Of a DNA stretch of 54,022 bases, positions 1 to 9,537 are shown in pieces (the stretch's first letter is position 1; each line of letters opens with the position of its first letter). Source of the DNA: Nitrosopumilus sp. (GTDB taxonomy: Archaea > Thermoproteota > Nitrososphaeria > Nitrososphaerales > Nitrosopumilaceae); assembly GCA_046754445.1 (NCBI GenBank), contig JBHHVV010000001.1, positions 1 to 54,022 of the forward strand, in the 5' to 3' direction. The notes under the pieces are model-generated. The model worked only from the letters and a program-made list of their open reading frames with translations, was not told where the DNA came from and did no database searches. The translations under genes were made by a program, and so were the position numbers.

Positions 1-50
1 TATCTTTAGATATATAGATAGTTCACCAGGCCTAAATATCTGATATAATT

Positions 51-1226
51 ATGAAGGTATCAAAAAAAGTAGCAGGTGTTGAATACGCAATAAGAGATAT
101 TGTTCTTGCTGCAAGAAAAGTACAACAAAAAGGAATGCAAGTAGATTACCTCAACATTGGTGATCCTGTACAGTTTGGCTTTCAACCTCCAGACAATGTC
201 AAACAAGCTATGATTGATGCAATTAACAGAGGTGAAAATTACTATTCTACATCTGAAGGACTTTTAGAGTTAAGAGAAGAAATAGCAAAAAAAGAAAACG
301 CTAAAGGTCTATCCATTGGGGCTGATGAAATTCTAGTTACTAATGGTGTTTCTGAAGGACTAGACATGGTAATTTCATCAATTGTAGAAGAAGGAGATGA
401 AGTTCTACTACCTGGACCTTATTATCCACCATATGCTTCCTATGTAAGATTACACGGAGGCATTCCTGTGGAATTTGCAGTGGACTTGAATAATTCGACT
501 CCTGATATTGATGATATAAAATCCAAAATTACATCCAAGACTGTAGCAATTTGTTTAATCAGCCCAAACAACCCAACAGGTGTTGTATTCAATGAAAAAT
601 CACTTAAAGAGCTAGTAGAAATTGCAAACCAAAACAATCTCTACACAATATGTGATGAAATTTATGATCAAATTGTTTTTGATGAAAAATTTGTAGGCAT
701 TGGCAAAGTTGCAGGAGATTCACCAGTAATTGTACTAAATGGATTCTCCAAAGTCCATTTAATGTCTGGTTGGCGAATTGGATACATTGCATTTAATCAA
801 TCACCACAACTTGAGGCATTAAGAGAAAATCTCCCAAAACTAGCAAGAGTAAGAATTGCAACTAGTCTTCCAGTGCAACATGCTGCTTTGGAATCTTTAC
901 GTGGCCCCCAAAATTACATTAGTAATTTTGTTTCAGAAATTAAAAAACGAAGAGATTTGGTAGTAAAACGCCTAAATGAAATGCCAGGAATTTCTTGTTC
1001 CAATCCAAAGGGATCATTTTATGCATTTCCAAAAATTGAAGACAATAGATTTGGAACTGACAAAGAATTTGTAACACAACTATTAGAGACAAAAGGTGTG
1101 TTGACTGTTCATGGTTCAGGATTTGGAGAAAAATATGGGAGTGGGCACTTTAGACTAGTCTATCTTCCTAGTTTACAAGTGTTAGATTCTGCAATGAACA
1201 AAATTGAAGAATTTGTCAGTCAATAG
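51..1226 (+). CDS. PLP-dependent aminotransferase class I/II (alanine/aspartate aminotransferase-like)
   Basis: LNIGDP, ISPNNPTG, DEIY, NGFSKVHLMSGWRIGY (PLP lysine), HFRLV motifs. Confidence 0.92.
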   Translation: MKVSKKVAGVEYAIRDIVLAARKVQQKGMQVDYLNIGDPVQFGFQPPDNVKQAMIDAINRGENYYSTSEGLLELREEIAKKENAKGLSIGADEILVTNGVSEGLDMVISSIVEEGDEVLLPGPYYPPYASYVRLHGGIPVEFAVDLNNSTPDIDDIKSKITSKTVAICLISPNNPTGVVFNEKSLKELVEIANQNNLYTICDEIYDQIVFDEKFVGIGKVAGDSPVIVLNGFSKVHLMSGWRIGYIAFNQSPQLEALRENLPKLARVRIATSLPVQHAALESLRGPQNYISNFVSEIKKRRDLVVKRLNEMPGISCSNPKGSFYAFPKIEDNRFGTDKEFVTQLLETKGVLTVHGSGFGEKYGSGHFRLVYLPSLQVLDSAMNKIEEFVSQ

Positions 1227-1621
1227 CTCCAGACTGAAAGTTTTTCTGGAATTATTTCAATAATACAATCAGTATCATCTAGTAATTCTTTTGCAGATTT
1301 ATTCTCAAGTGATCTAAAATAGCGTAGCAGAATTTTTTTTGCAATTGATTTAACTTTGGTTTTTTCAAAAATTAAATTTGCTTTTCCTTGTCCCATTACT
1401 CCGTAAATATCTGGAGCATTAACTCCTGTATCTATACAAAATGAAACATGTTTGTTTTTCCTTGCATTTTTTGCCTTTTGAGTTCTTGTGTTTGTTCCAA
1501 TGTAGAATTTTTTTGCACTGTATCTATACCAAACAGGCACAATGTGTGGAGTTTTATTTTTTCCAATGGTAGCTAATCGTAAAATCTTTTGTGATTTTAG
1601 AAATTCATCTCTTTTGCTCAT
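1220..1621 (-). CDS. Pyridoxamine 5'-phosphate oxidase-like split-barrel protein (probably F420/FMN-binding)
   Basis: LRLAT...PHIVPVWY...TQKAKNARKNKHVSFCID pattern; close to the F420 reductase gene. Confidence 0.85.
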   Translation of the reverse strand: MSKRDEFLKSQKILRLATIGKNKTPHIVPVWYRYSAKKFYIGTNTRTQKAKNARKNKHVSFCIDTGVNAPDIYGVMGQGKANLIFEKTKVKSIAKKILLRYFRSLENKSAKELLDDTDCIIEIIPEKLSVWSY

Positions 1622-1838
1622 GTTTTCTAAATCCTAATGCTATCATAAAAATACCAAAGCATAGCATTGCCATTGAAACTTTTTCATTAGTAATTTCTCC
1701 ATTAAGCAGAAATTCCTCCACAAACTCTGGACCCCATATCAGTAACTGTCTAACTAAAACAATTCCTGCCATTACAGAAAACATTACTCCAATTGCAGTA
1801 TACCAATTTCTGCCCCGTCTATAATATTCGTGACTCAT
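1605..1838 (-). CDS. Small two-TM membrane protein, hypothetical
   Basis: Two hydrophobic segments; co-oriented and tightly packed between npdG and the PPOX gene. Confidence 0.7.
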   Translation of the reverse strand: MSHEYYRRGRNWYTAIGVMFSVMAGIVLVRQLLIWGPEFVEEFLLNGEITNEKVSMAMLCFGIFMIALGFRKHEQKR

Positions 1839-1848
1839 AACATGAGAC

Positions 1849-2520
1849 TTAGATAATTTTTATTCCAGGATTTTTTATCTTATTTCTAATCATTGCATTA
1901 AGAAGTAATGGAGTAGACATTTCTGCAAGATATGACAATTCAATTGGACCCAAGTAGATTGATCTTAATCCCTTGATTTCATCAATCAAAGTATTTACTA
2001 CTTGAACCGATTCTTTGTCGTCTCCGCAAACAAAAATATCGTAATCCAACTCTAGTGTTGGATTGACAAGTTTTTTTTCAGAAATGACATGAAATGCAGA
2101 TACAAGTTTTGATTTGTCTTTCATATGATTTGAAACTAGTTTGTACGAAAATGGTTTATTTTCTTTAATTGAAACACACTCAAATCCAACATCTGTTTTT
2201 GTCATTGGAACAATTGGAGATACAACAACACAACTATCTTTTACTTTTGACAAAATTGCAGAACATGTAGAATCAATATTCTCATATGGAATTGATAAAA
2301 TCAAAACATCGCTTTCTTTTGCAACTGAAACATTATCATTTCCAGAGATCGTTCCATTTATTTCACCAAATGCTTCTTTTGCAAGATTTGTATATTCTGC
2401 AGCTGATTCAGATGCCCTTGCAGCATCTCTAGAGCCGACTATAACATCATGGTTTTGTGACCATCTTAGAGCAAAACCTTTGCCCATTCCACCTGTTCCA
2501 CCAATTATTCCTACTTTCAT
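1849..2520 (-). CDS. npdG: F420H2:NADP+ oxidoreductase (NADPH-dependent F420 reductase)
   Basis: IIGGTGGMGKGFALRW, VIVGSR, VSAFHVIS, DIFVCGDD motifs. Confidence 0.9.
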   Translation of the reverse strand: MKVGIIGGTGGMGKGFALRWSQNHDVIVGSRDAARASESAAEYTNLAKEAFGEINGTISGNDNVSVAKESDVLILSIPYENIDSTCSAILSKVKDSCVVVSPIVPMTKTDVGFECVSIKENKPFSYKLVSNHMKDKSKLVSAFHVISEKKLVNPTLELDYDIFVCGDDKESVQVVNTLIDEIKGLRSIYLGPIELSYLAEMSTPLLLNAMIRNKIKNPGIKII

Positions 2521-2569
2521 GATTTCTAACAGATAATGTTATTATTATCTCTATTCGAATTTGGGAAAT

Positions 2570-3193
2570 ATGGGACAGATAATTTTCCTAAGACATGGTC
2601 AGGCAAAAAATAACACTGAGAGAATCTTAGCTGGAAGAACAGAGGGTGTTCCGCTAACAGACATTGGAGAACAACAAGCTCAACACACTGCTGAATTACT
2701 TGAACACATGAATATTTCTGCAATTTACTCTAGTCCAATTCAAAGGGCAAAACATACTGCTGAAATTGTTGGAAAACATAATTCCATAGATGTCAAAATT
2801 GATGACAGACTAATTGAACTTGACATGGGAAAATTTACTGGTGTTCCATATGATGAAATATTTTCCAGCCATGGAAATGTCTTTATGAAATTCTATAATG
2901 GTGAATTGGAAATTGCACATAATGGAGTTGAAACATTCTCTGAAGTCAAAAAAAGAGTTCTAGGAATAGTTGATCATGTAGTCGAAAAACATCCTGATGA
3001 GAACGTAGTACTTGTAACCCATATGGATCCAATCAAAGCAATGCTATCCACAATAGTTGATCTTTCTCCAACAAATCTATTTGAGTTAATAATTGAAAAT
3101 GCATCTTTAAATCTCTTTAGAGAAAAAGAACGAAAGTTTTCACTTGCTGGACTAAACGTAATGCATCCATCTCGTTTCGATCAAAGCCGATAG
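2570..3193 (+). CDS. Histidine phosphatase / phosphoglycerate mutase family protein
   Basis: RHGQ motif, YSSPIQRA, LIELDMG, VTH; ATG 2570 preferred over TTG 2561. Confidence 0.88.
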   Translation: MGQIIFLRHGQAKNNTERILAGRTEGVPLTDIGEQQAQHTAELLEHMNISAIYSSPIQRAKHTAEIVGKHNSIDVKIDDRLIELDMGKFTGVPYDEIFSSHGNVFMKFYNGELEIAHNGVETFSEVKKRVLGIVDHVVEKHPDENVVLVTHMDPIKAMLSTIVDLSPTNLFELIIENASLNLFREKERKFSLAGLNVMHPSRFDQSR

Positions 3194-3249
3194 ATAGTAA
3201 TCTTGAAAACCCTTAAATAGAAATTATAGGCCACGTCATTCAATCGCTA

Positions 3250-3510
3250 ATGAAGAAATGGGTCGGATTATTCTTAGTATTGGCAGTTATGGTAGTAATT
3301 CCAGCTGTAGAATACGCTTTTGCTGCAGGAGACGAACCTGGAGAATATCTTGATCGTAGAGTCATTATTTGGAATCTATTCTTTAGGATGATGACTATAG
3401 CATTTGTAGTAGGCGCTGTAGTTTCTGGTACAATTATTTGGCAAGTTTGGAGATTCAGAGAATCTCATCCAAAAGCAAAACCAACACCATATGAGGGGAC
3501 TGACTGGTAG
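3250..3510 (+). CDS. Small membrane protein heading the cox operon (resembles the N-terminal TM part of heme-copper oxidase subunit II)
   Basis: Signal-like N-terminus plus TM helix ending VWRFRES, like the first CoxB helix; 2 bp before coxB. Confidence 0.75.
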   Translation: MKKWVGLFLVLAVMVVIPAVEYAFAAGDEPGEYLDRRVIIWNLFFRMMTIAFVVGAVVSGTIIWQVWRFRESHPKAKPTPYEGTDW

Positions 3511-3512
3511 AA

Positions 3513-3941
3513 ATGGCACATTCTAACTGGCCTGAATGGATTTACGTTGGTGTTGTAATTGCATTAATGGTTTGGGTAGGTTCAGAAGCATGGAATGCAG
3601 AAAGACTGGTAGAACATGTTCCAGAAGGAGCTGAAGTAATCAAAGTAACTGGGCAACAATGGTTCTGGTCTTTTGAACATGAAGATGGAACAAAAGAAAT
3701 TGGAGAACTACATGTAGAAGCTGGCAAAGCTTACAAATTTGAAATTTATTCTAAAGATGTAAATCATTCCTTTAACATTCATGATTATGTTGTATTGATG
3801 GACGCAGTTCCAGGTAGAGTAAATACTGTTTGGTTTGCTCCAACTGAACCAGGAGAACATGATATTCAATGCAGGGAATACTGTGGATTAATTCACTATA
3901 ATATGCGAGGAAAATTAATTGTGGAGGAACCATCAGCTTGA
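3513..3941 (+). CDS. coxB: Heme-copper oxidase subunit II, CuA domain
   Basis: VTGQQWFWSF, DVNHSF, MDAVPGR and CREYCGLIHYNM CuA ligands. Confidence 0.95.
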   Translation: MAHSNWPEWIYVGVVIALMVWVGSEAWNAERLVEHVPEGAEVIKVTGQQWFWSFEHEDGTKEIGELHVEAGKAYKFEIYSKDVNHSFNIHDYVVLMDAVPGRVNTVWFAPTEPGEHDIQCREYCGLIHYNMRGKLIVEEPSA

Positions 3942-3990
3942 TAACGCTTTTATCTCAACTTTCAATTGTTTTCAGTGAGGAGATTAACTA

Positions 3991-5517
3991 ATGGTTCTAG
4001 AATTACAAAAGCCACGTCCAATATGGCAGATAATGTTTTCAACACACCATACTGATGTTGGTTTACTTTATCTTATAACATCACTAGGATTCTTGTTCAT
4101 GGGTGGTGCTTTAGCTCTAATTATTAGAGCAGAACTGTTCTTACCTGGCTCACAAATTATTGCTGATTCGATGACCTTTAACAGAATCTTTACCGTTCAT
4201 GGTACAACGTTAATCTTTTTGTTTATCTTGCCTTTTGCATCTGCTGTTGGTAACTATTTTGTTCCAATTATGGTTAGATACAAAGACATGGCTTATCCAA
4301 AACTTAATGCAATAGCGTTCTGGATGATTCCACCAGGCGGTGCACTAATTTGGTTAGGCTTTGCAGACTTTACATGGTATGCAACTCCTCCATATTCCAT
4401 CATCAGTGCTCCTGGTCCAGCAGCAGACATGTGGATTTTTGGATTGAAAATATTGGGAATTTCATCAGTTCTTGGTGCAATCAACTTTATTGTAACTATC
4501 CTCAAATGTAAGCATCCAGACATGTCAATTGGGCAAGTTCCACTATTGGCTTGGTCATTTTTGTCATCATCTTTGATTATTCTAGTTGCAATTCCAACAT
4601 TTGCAGCAGCATTATTGATGTTACTCACAGATAGATTGGGTGTTACTGGATTCTTTAATCCAGCAATGGGTGGAGACCCAATTGCATATGCACACTTGTT
4701 CTGGTTTACTTTCCATCCCGAAGTATACGTCTTGGTAATTCCTGCAATTGGTATGATGTATGAAATTATTCCGAGATTCTCACGAAAACCAATTCACAGC
4801 TACAACTCTGGTATCTTTGCATTTGTATTGTTATCAATTGTCGGTTTCTCATCATGGGCACATCACATGTATGCAACTGGCATGTCATTTACTGAAAAAA
4901 CAGTCTTTATGGTAGGAACTCTTGCAGCAGTTCCAGCATCTGCGTTGCATGTGTTTAACTTTATTGCAACAATGTGGAACGGCAGAATAAAGTTCTCAAC
5001 GCCAATGATGTGGGCAGTTGGAGGAATTGCACTATTCTTCTCTGCAGGTGCAGGCGGTGTTGCAAATGCAGCCATGCCATTAGATTTCCAAACCCATGAC
5101 TCATACTGGGTAGTTGGTCACTTCCACCTCTTTGTAATGGGTACTATTGCATTTGGCTCATTTGGCTTCCTTTACTACATGTATCCATATGTTACCGGAC
5201 GAATGTACAATGAGGCCATGGGTAAGATACACTTTGTAATGTCTTTCATAGGAACTGTATTGGTATTCTTTACACAACATGTACTTGGCTTGTACGGAAT
5301 GCCAAGAAGAATTTTCGATTATCCTCCAATTCCAGAATGGATTGCCATGAACCAAATTGCATCAATAGGCGCAATGATTATTGGTATCAGTATGGCAATC
5401 TTCTTAGCTAACATCATTTACAGTGCAGGCAAAGGAAAGCCTGCAGACACTGATGACCCATTTGGTGTGGGTGGCAAATACTATTATCCATTTGAGGCAA
5501 AGAACCCATCACATTAG
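3991..5517 (+). CDS. coxA: Heme-copper oxidase subunit I (A-type)
   Basis: TVHG, FWFTFHPEVY, WAHHMY, VVGHFH, GMPRR motifs. Confidence 0.97.
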   Translation: MVLELQKPRPIWQIMFSTHHTDVGLLYLITSLGFLFMGGALALIIRAELFLPGSQIIADSMTFNRIFTVHGTTLIFLFILPFASAVGNYFVPIMVRYKDMAYPKLNAIAFWMIPPGGALIWLGFADFTWYATPPYSIISAPGPAADMWIFGLKILGISSVLGAINFIVTILKCKHPDMSIGQVPLLAWSFLSSSLIILVAIPTFAAALLMLLTDRLGVTGFFNPAMGGDPIAYAHLFWFTFHPEVYVLVIPAIGMMYEIIPRFSRKPIHSYNSGIFAFVLLSIVGFSSWAHHMYATGMSFTEKTVFMVGTLAAVPASALHVFNFIATMWNGRIKFSTPMMWAVGGIALFFSAGAGGVANAAMPLDFQTHDSYWVVGHFHLFVMGTIAFGSFGFLYYMYPYVTGRMYNEAMGKIHFVMSFIGTVLVFFTQHVLGLYGMPRRIFDYPPIPEWIAMNQIASIGAMIIGISMAIFLANIIYSAGKGKPADTDDPFGVGGKYYYPFEAKNPSH

Positions 5518-5529
5518 GAGATAAATGAA

Positions 5530-6489
5530 ATGAGTCACGATAATTCCCAAATTTATAGAACAACTCCGGCTAGAACTGGAAAGATGATGGCAATTATGCT
5601 AGGAATCTGTATCGTAGGTGGTATAATTTTCTTTTCTATGTGGGACTATTGGATTTCAACTCCGCCCCCAGTCGTTGCAATGATGGCAGGAGAAGCAGAG
5701 AGTGCAGCACCAGCTGCTGCAACTGGAAAGACTATTACACAAGATTTGCAATTCATTGAATCTTCTGACTTTAGGACTCTAGCGTTTAATGCATTGCCTG
5801 GAGAAGACGGGCATAATCCAACAGTTCACATGAATGTTGGAGACAAAGTCATCTTTAATGCTGAAAATGATGGAAAGTCATTTCATGCATTTGGTGTGAC
5901 AAAAGCTACTGAGGGTTTTGGAGGAATTATTCCAGGAAGTGAAATTGGTGCAGCATCTAATCCATTAAAACCAGGTGAGGGTGGTTCATCAGAATTTATT
6001 GCCGGTGAGGAGGGAACTTACTACTATATCTGTACTGTTCCAGGACATAGAGAACAAGGAATGGTTGGAGAGATTATAGTGGGTCCATCTCAAGGTGGAG
6101 GTTCTTCTGTTGCAGCAGCACCAACAGGTGTTTCACATGACTTTACATTAGACTTTATAGAATCTTCAGACTTTAGAACTCTAGCGTTTAATGCATTGCC
6201 TGGCGAAGACGGACACAATCCAGAAATTCGTGTAAATTCTGGTGATGAGGTAACCATTAATGCTGAAAATGATGGAAAGTCATTTCATGCATTTGGAATT
6301 GTTACTGATCCTGAAGACTTTAACAATGTAATTTGGGATTCTGCAATTCATTCCGCATCTAATCCTCTAAAACCAGGAGAAAGTGGTAGTGTCACATTTA
6401 CTGCTGGTGCTCCGGGAACTTACTACTATATCTGTACTGTTCCAGGACATGCATTGCAAGGAATGCAAGGTAGTTTCATAGTAGAATAA
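5530..6489 (+). CDS. Membrane-anchored protein with two type-1 blue copper (cupredoxin) domains
   Basis: N-terminal TM; two copies of HAFG...YYYICTVPGH..QGM. Confidence 0.92.
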   Translation: MSHDNSQIYRTTPARTGKMMAIMLGICIVGGIIFFSMWDYWISTPPPVVAMMAGEAESAAPAAATGKTITQDLQFIESSDFRTLAFNALPGEDGHNPTVHMNVGDKVIFNAENDGKSFHAFGVTKATEGFGGIIPGSEIGAASNPLKPGEGGSSEFIAGEEGTYYYICTVPGHREQGMVGEIIVGPSQGGGSSVAAAPTGVSHDFTLDFIESSDFRTLAFNALPGEDGHNPEIRVNSGDEVTINAENDGKSFHAFGIVTDPEDFNNVIWDSAIHSASNPLKPGESGSVTFTAGAPGTYYYICTVPGHALQGMQGSFIVE

Positions 6490-6491
6490 TT

Positions 6492-6935
6492 TTGGCATTA
6501 CAGTATCTTGCATTAGCAACAATGATTGTTTTGTATTCACTAATGTTTGTTGGAGGCTATGTTTCGGCTGCAGGACTTGGCTTGACATGTCCTGAATGGC
6601 CTTTGTGTCCCAATGGAGTATTGCCTTCAGAGGAATATCTTATTGAGTGGATTCATAGATTTGCTGCTGCAACTACAGGAACATTAGTTACTGCAACAAT
6701 GATTGCATGTTTGATTAACAAGAATTCAGACTTGAAAATAAAAATCACAAGTTCTATTGCAACTGCCTTGGTGGTTACTCAGATAACTCTTGGTGCTTTG
6801 GTAATTGATACAAAACTTCATGCAGTCCTAGTTGCTATTCATTTGGGAATAGGAATATGGCTATTCTCAATGGTTTTACTTACAACATTATTTGCATTTA
6901 GAATATCTAGAGTTTCAATAGAATCTAAAGTTTAG
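6492..6935 (+). CDS. ctaA: Short (single-module) heme A synthase, COX15/CtaA family
   Basis: GLTCPEWPLC, EWIHR, QITLGA, H in last helix; TTG start; last gene of cox operon. Confidence 0.88.
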   Translation: MALQYLALATMIVLYSLMFVGGYVSAAGLGLTCPEWPLCPNGVLPSEEYLIEWIHRFAAATTGTLVTATMIACLINKNSDLKIKITSSIATALVVTQITLGALVIDTKLHAVLVAIHLGIGIWLFSMVLLTTLFAFRISRVSIESKV

Positions 6936-7449
6936 ATTTTTTTAAAAATGGTGGAACATAGATGTATGTTACTACTCCTAAAAGACATAAAGCGCCTACG
7001 GTAATTGCTGCAAGGAATATCATTCCAAATGGACTCTGAGTCCCCATGTTAAACTTGTAAGTTATAATCCCTTGATTTTTCTCCATATCATACAAATCAA
7101 CTAGTATGACGTGATTTCCATGAGTTCTCCAAACATAATCAAAGTCCCAATGAGAACCTTCAATAGATGTGGGTGGAATTGTGTCTACTTGTTGATCGTT
7201 GAAGAAAATTCTCATCCCCATTGTAAATCTGTCCACATCTGTATACTCATATCCTTCAGTAACTTTCACTCTGAATTTAGATGGCTCTCCAATCTGCGGA
7301 AATTCTGGATCTGTTGCAACCTGAACTCTATAACCACCTTCAAACTGTTCTGCTGAATTAAACATAGAATGTGCATATGCATTATCATATATCAAAACAG
7401 ATGAAAATAACAAAAAAAAGATGAAAAAAACTGATCGCTTTTTACTCAT
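6925..7449 (-). CDS. Secreted, C-terminally membrane-anchored hypothetical protein
   Basis: Signal peptide ending AYA-HS; C-terminal TM followed by basic tail. Confidence 0.75.
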   Translation of the reverse strand: MSKKRSVFFIFFLLFSSVLIYDNAYAHSMFNSAEQFEGGYRVQVATDPEFPQIGEPSKFRVKVTEGYEYTDVDRFTMGMRIFFNDQQVDTIPPTSIEGSHWDFDYVWRTHGNHVILVDLYDMEKNQGIITYKFNMGTQSPFGMIFLAAITVGALCLLGVVTYIYVPPFLKKSKL

Positions 7450-7542
7450 GATGTCAATAGAAACACACCAAATATATGTAATTTAATTTCATATGGAAAA
7501 TCTTCAAAACCTTTAAATCCTTATTGGCAAGAAACAGAACCG

Positions 7543-8145
7543 TTGACACTCGTTACGAAATCAATAGACATTAAAACACCAGTTGATAGTGTCTTTACTT
7601 ACTTTGCAAGACCAGAACACGTTTCTGATCAAATCAAGAATGATACAGTAGGTATGACAGTCGTTCCTATGGATATCAAAGAAGGAATGGGTGTAGGAAC
7701 AACTTTTAGAGTCATTGGTGACTTTAGCGGCAAACGTCTAGAGTGGGATTGTGAAACAATTGAATTTGTTAGAAATGAGAAAATTTCTGCAAAACAAATT
7801 GAAGGTCCATTCAAACATTGGGTAATAACTAATGAATTCAAATCATTAGGTAATAATCTCACCAGAGTAACCATGTCAGTAGATTATGAAATGCCATTTG
7901 GTCCATTAGGAGCAATTTTGGATAAAGCAAAGTTTGCAAAATCTGCTGAGAAAGGAATGGAGACAGCACTATACAATGTTAGAGGTTTACTAGAAGGAAA
8001 TGGTTCAATTCCAGTGTATATTACACTAGATGCATATCAAAAACTTCTTGCCGAAAAGAAAAAGATGAACGATGTTCCAGTTTCAACTGCACTTACTGCA
8101 ATCATTGAAAAATACAATGAGATTGAAGCAAAAACACAAAACTAA
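7543..8145 (+). CDS. SRPBCC/START (polyketide cyclase-like) family protein with C-terminal extension
   Basis: KSIDIKTPVDSVFTYF, GVGTTF, EGPFKHW, TRVTMSVDYEMPFGPLG. Confidence 0.82.
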   Translation: MTLVTKSIDIKTPVDSVFTYFARPEHVSDQIKNDTVGMTVVPMDIKEGMGVGTTFRVIGDFSGKRLEWDCETIEFVRNEKISAKQIEGPFKHWVITNEFKSLGNNLTRVTMSVDYEMPFGPLGAILDKAKFAKSAEKGMETALYNVRGLLEGNGSIPVYITLDAYQKLLAEKKKMNDVPVSTALTAIIEKYNEIEAKTQN

Positions 8146-8204
8146 ATTTTCATTTATTTTAAAATCTCAAGATTAATAACAACTCTGGGCATATCTATTT
8201 TGGT

Positions 8205-8278
8205 GGGTCTATGGCGCAGCCAGGTAGCGCACCGGACTCTTAATCCGGTTGTCAAGGGTCCGAATCCCTTTAGACCCG
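8205..8278 (+). tRNA. tRNA-Lys (CTT)
   Basis: Acceptor GGGTCTA/TAGACCC; anticodon arm CCGGA-CT CTT AA-TCCGG; T-arm AAGGG-TCCGAAT-CCCTT. Confidence 0.95.
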
Positions 8279-8344
8279 CTTATTCTTCTTATGTAACTTC
8301 AAAATAAAAATAGATGAAACATGGATGTTGAATAACTATGTTTT

Positions 8345-8545
8345 TTATTTGTTGTAAATCTGATGTTTTGATTTTAATTCTTTGAGTAATTGTTCTATTC
8401 TTTCTGAAGATCTTTCTATTCTGTCAAGATACGTAGTTATTCCTTCATCCATCACTCCTGCATATTGAAGTTTGATTAATTCAAGTGAATTTAGTATAAT
8501 CATTAGAGGATCAGCACATTTTTCAAAATCTATATCTTCATCCAT
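8345..8545 (-). CDS. Stand-alone HisKA/DHp-like helical hairpin lacking the phosphoacceptor His
   Basis: DPLMIILNSLELIK...YLDRIERSSERIEQLL aligns by eye with NPLSVMRMSVDLI...IDLIKKSIDRISHQV of the kinase at 10735. Confidence 0.65.
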   Translation of the reverse strand: MDEDIDFEKCADPLMIILNSLELIKLQYAGVMDEGITTYLDRIERSSERIEQLLKELKSKHQIYNK

Positions 8546-8664
8546 CTATTTTGGACTTGTTTATCTGATACTTATGTGATTTTATTATTGACTAGTGATG
8601 AAATGTGTGTCTCAAAAAATACATACTCATACCTAAATGAAATTTTAAGATTATTCCATTACTA

Positions 8665-9033
8665 ATGTCTCAATCTTTAGTGGTAGTAGATGACGATAAT
8701 GATCTTCTTGAATCAATCACAGAATTCCTTCAAATGAAAGGATTCCGTGTTATGGGGGCTGGTCATAATGGATTGGAGGCAGTTCAATTGTATGAAGAAT
8801 ATCGTCCTGATGTGATTTTATTGGATCTGTCGATGCCTAACTATGATGGAATTTATGGTTTAGAAAACATTAAAAGAATAAATCCTAATGCCAAAGTCAT
8901 TATTTTGACTGGAAATAATACTGAAAGCAACAAGCAAAAAATAAAGCCATTTAATGTATCTAAAATTTTAGAAAAACCTTGTTCTCTAAAACAACTAGAA
9001 CATGTTTTAAAATCGATTAGTGGATTAGCCTAA
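8665..9033 (+). CDS. Single-domain response regulator (receiver)
   Basis: VVVDDD, DVILLDLSMPNYDG, ILTG, EKP. Confidence 0.92.
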   Translation: MSQSLVVVDDDNDLLESITEFLQMKGFRVMGAGHNGLEAVQLYEEYRPDVILLDLSMPNYDGIYGLENIKRINPNAKVIILTGNNTESNKQKIKPFNVSKILEKPCSLKQLEHVLKSISGLA

Positions 9034-9049
9034 TTTTTCAAATGATTTT

Positions 9050-9472
9050 TTAATTTCCTAAAGTATATCTTTGTGATTTCAGTGATGCTTTAGCTAATTT
9101 ATGGTGAAGTAAATTCTTGAAATCTTCAAAATCTTTCTTGGAATTGGATGGAGGTGGTTTTAACGAATCAACTGCTCCTAAAGCCAAAGCATCATTTACA
9201 ATTTCAGAACCGTCTGATGCATAGTTACTTACAACTATTGTGGGGTATTTTTTATTTTTTAATTTATCTAGAAATGTAATTCCATCCATTTTAGGCATTT
9301 CTAGATCCAAAAGAATCACATCTGGCCTTTTTATTTTAAGATCATCTAGTGCAACAGTTGCATCAAAATATGATCCCATAATTTCACAATCATCATATGA
9401 ATTTACAATATCTTCAAGAAATTGTCTCATTGCTCTTGAATCATTAATTATCATGGTCTGCATTAAAACCAT
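9050..9472 (-). CDS. Single-domain response regulator resembling the CheB N-terminal receiver (no methylesterase domain)
   Basis: NDSRAMRQFL, DVILLDLEMPKMDGITFL, GSEIVNDALALGAVD. Confidence 0.85.
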   Translation of the reverse strand: MVLMQTMIINDSRAMRQFLEDIVNSYDDCEIMGSYFDATVALDDLKIKRPDVILLDLEMPKMDGITFLDKLKNKKYPTIVVSNYASDGSEIVNDALALGAVDSLKPPPSNSKKDFEDFKNLLHHKLAKASLKSQRYTLGN

Positions 9473-9537
9473 ATATTCAATTTTTCATAATGGATTAGAA
9501 ATACCTGTTTGATCATTTGTAACAGTCCTGCTATACA

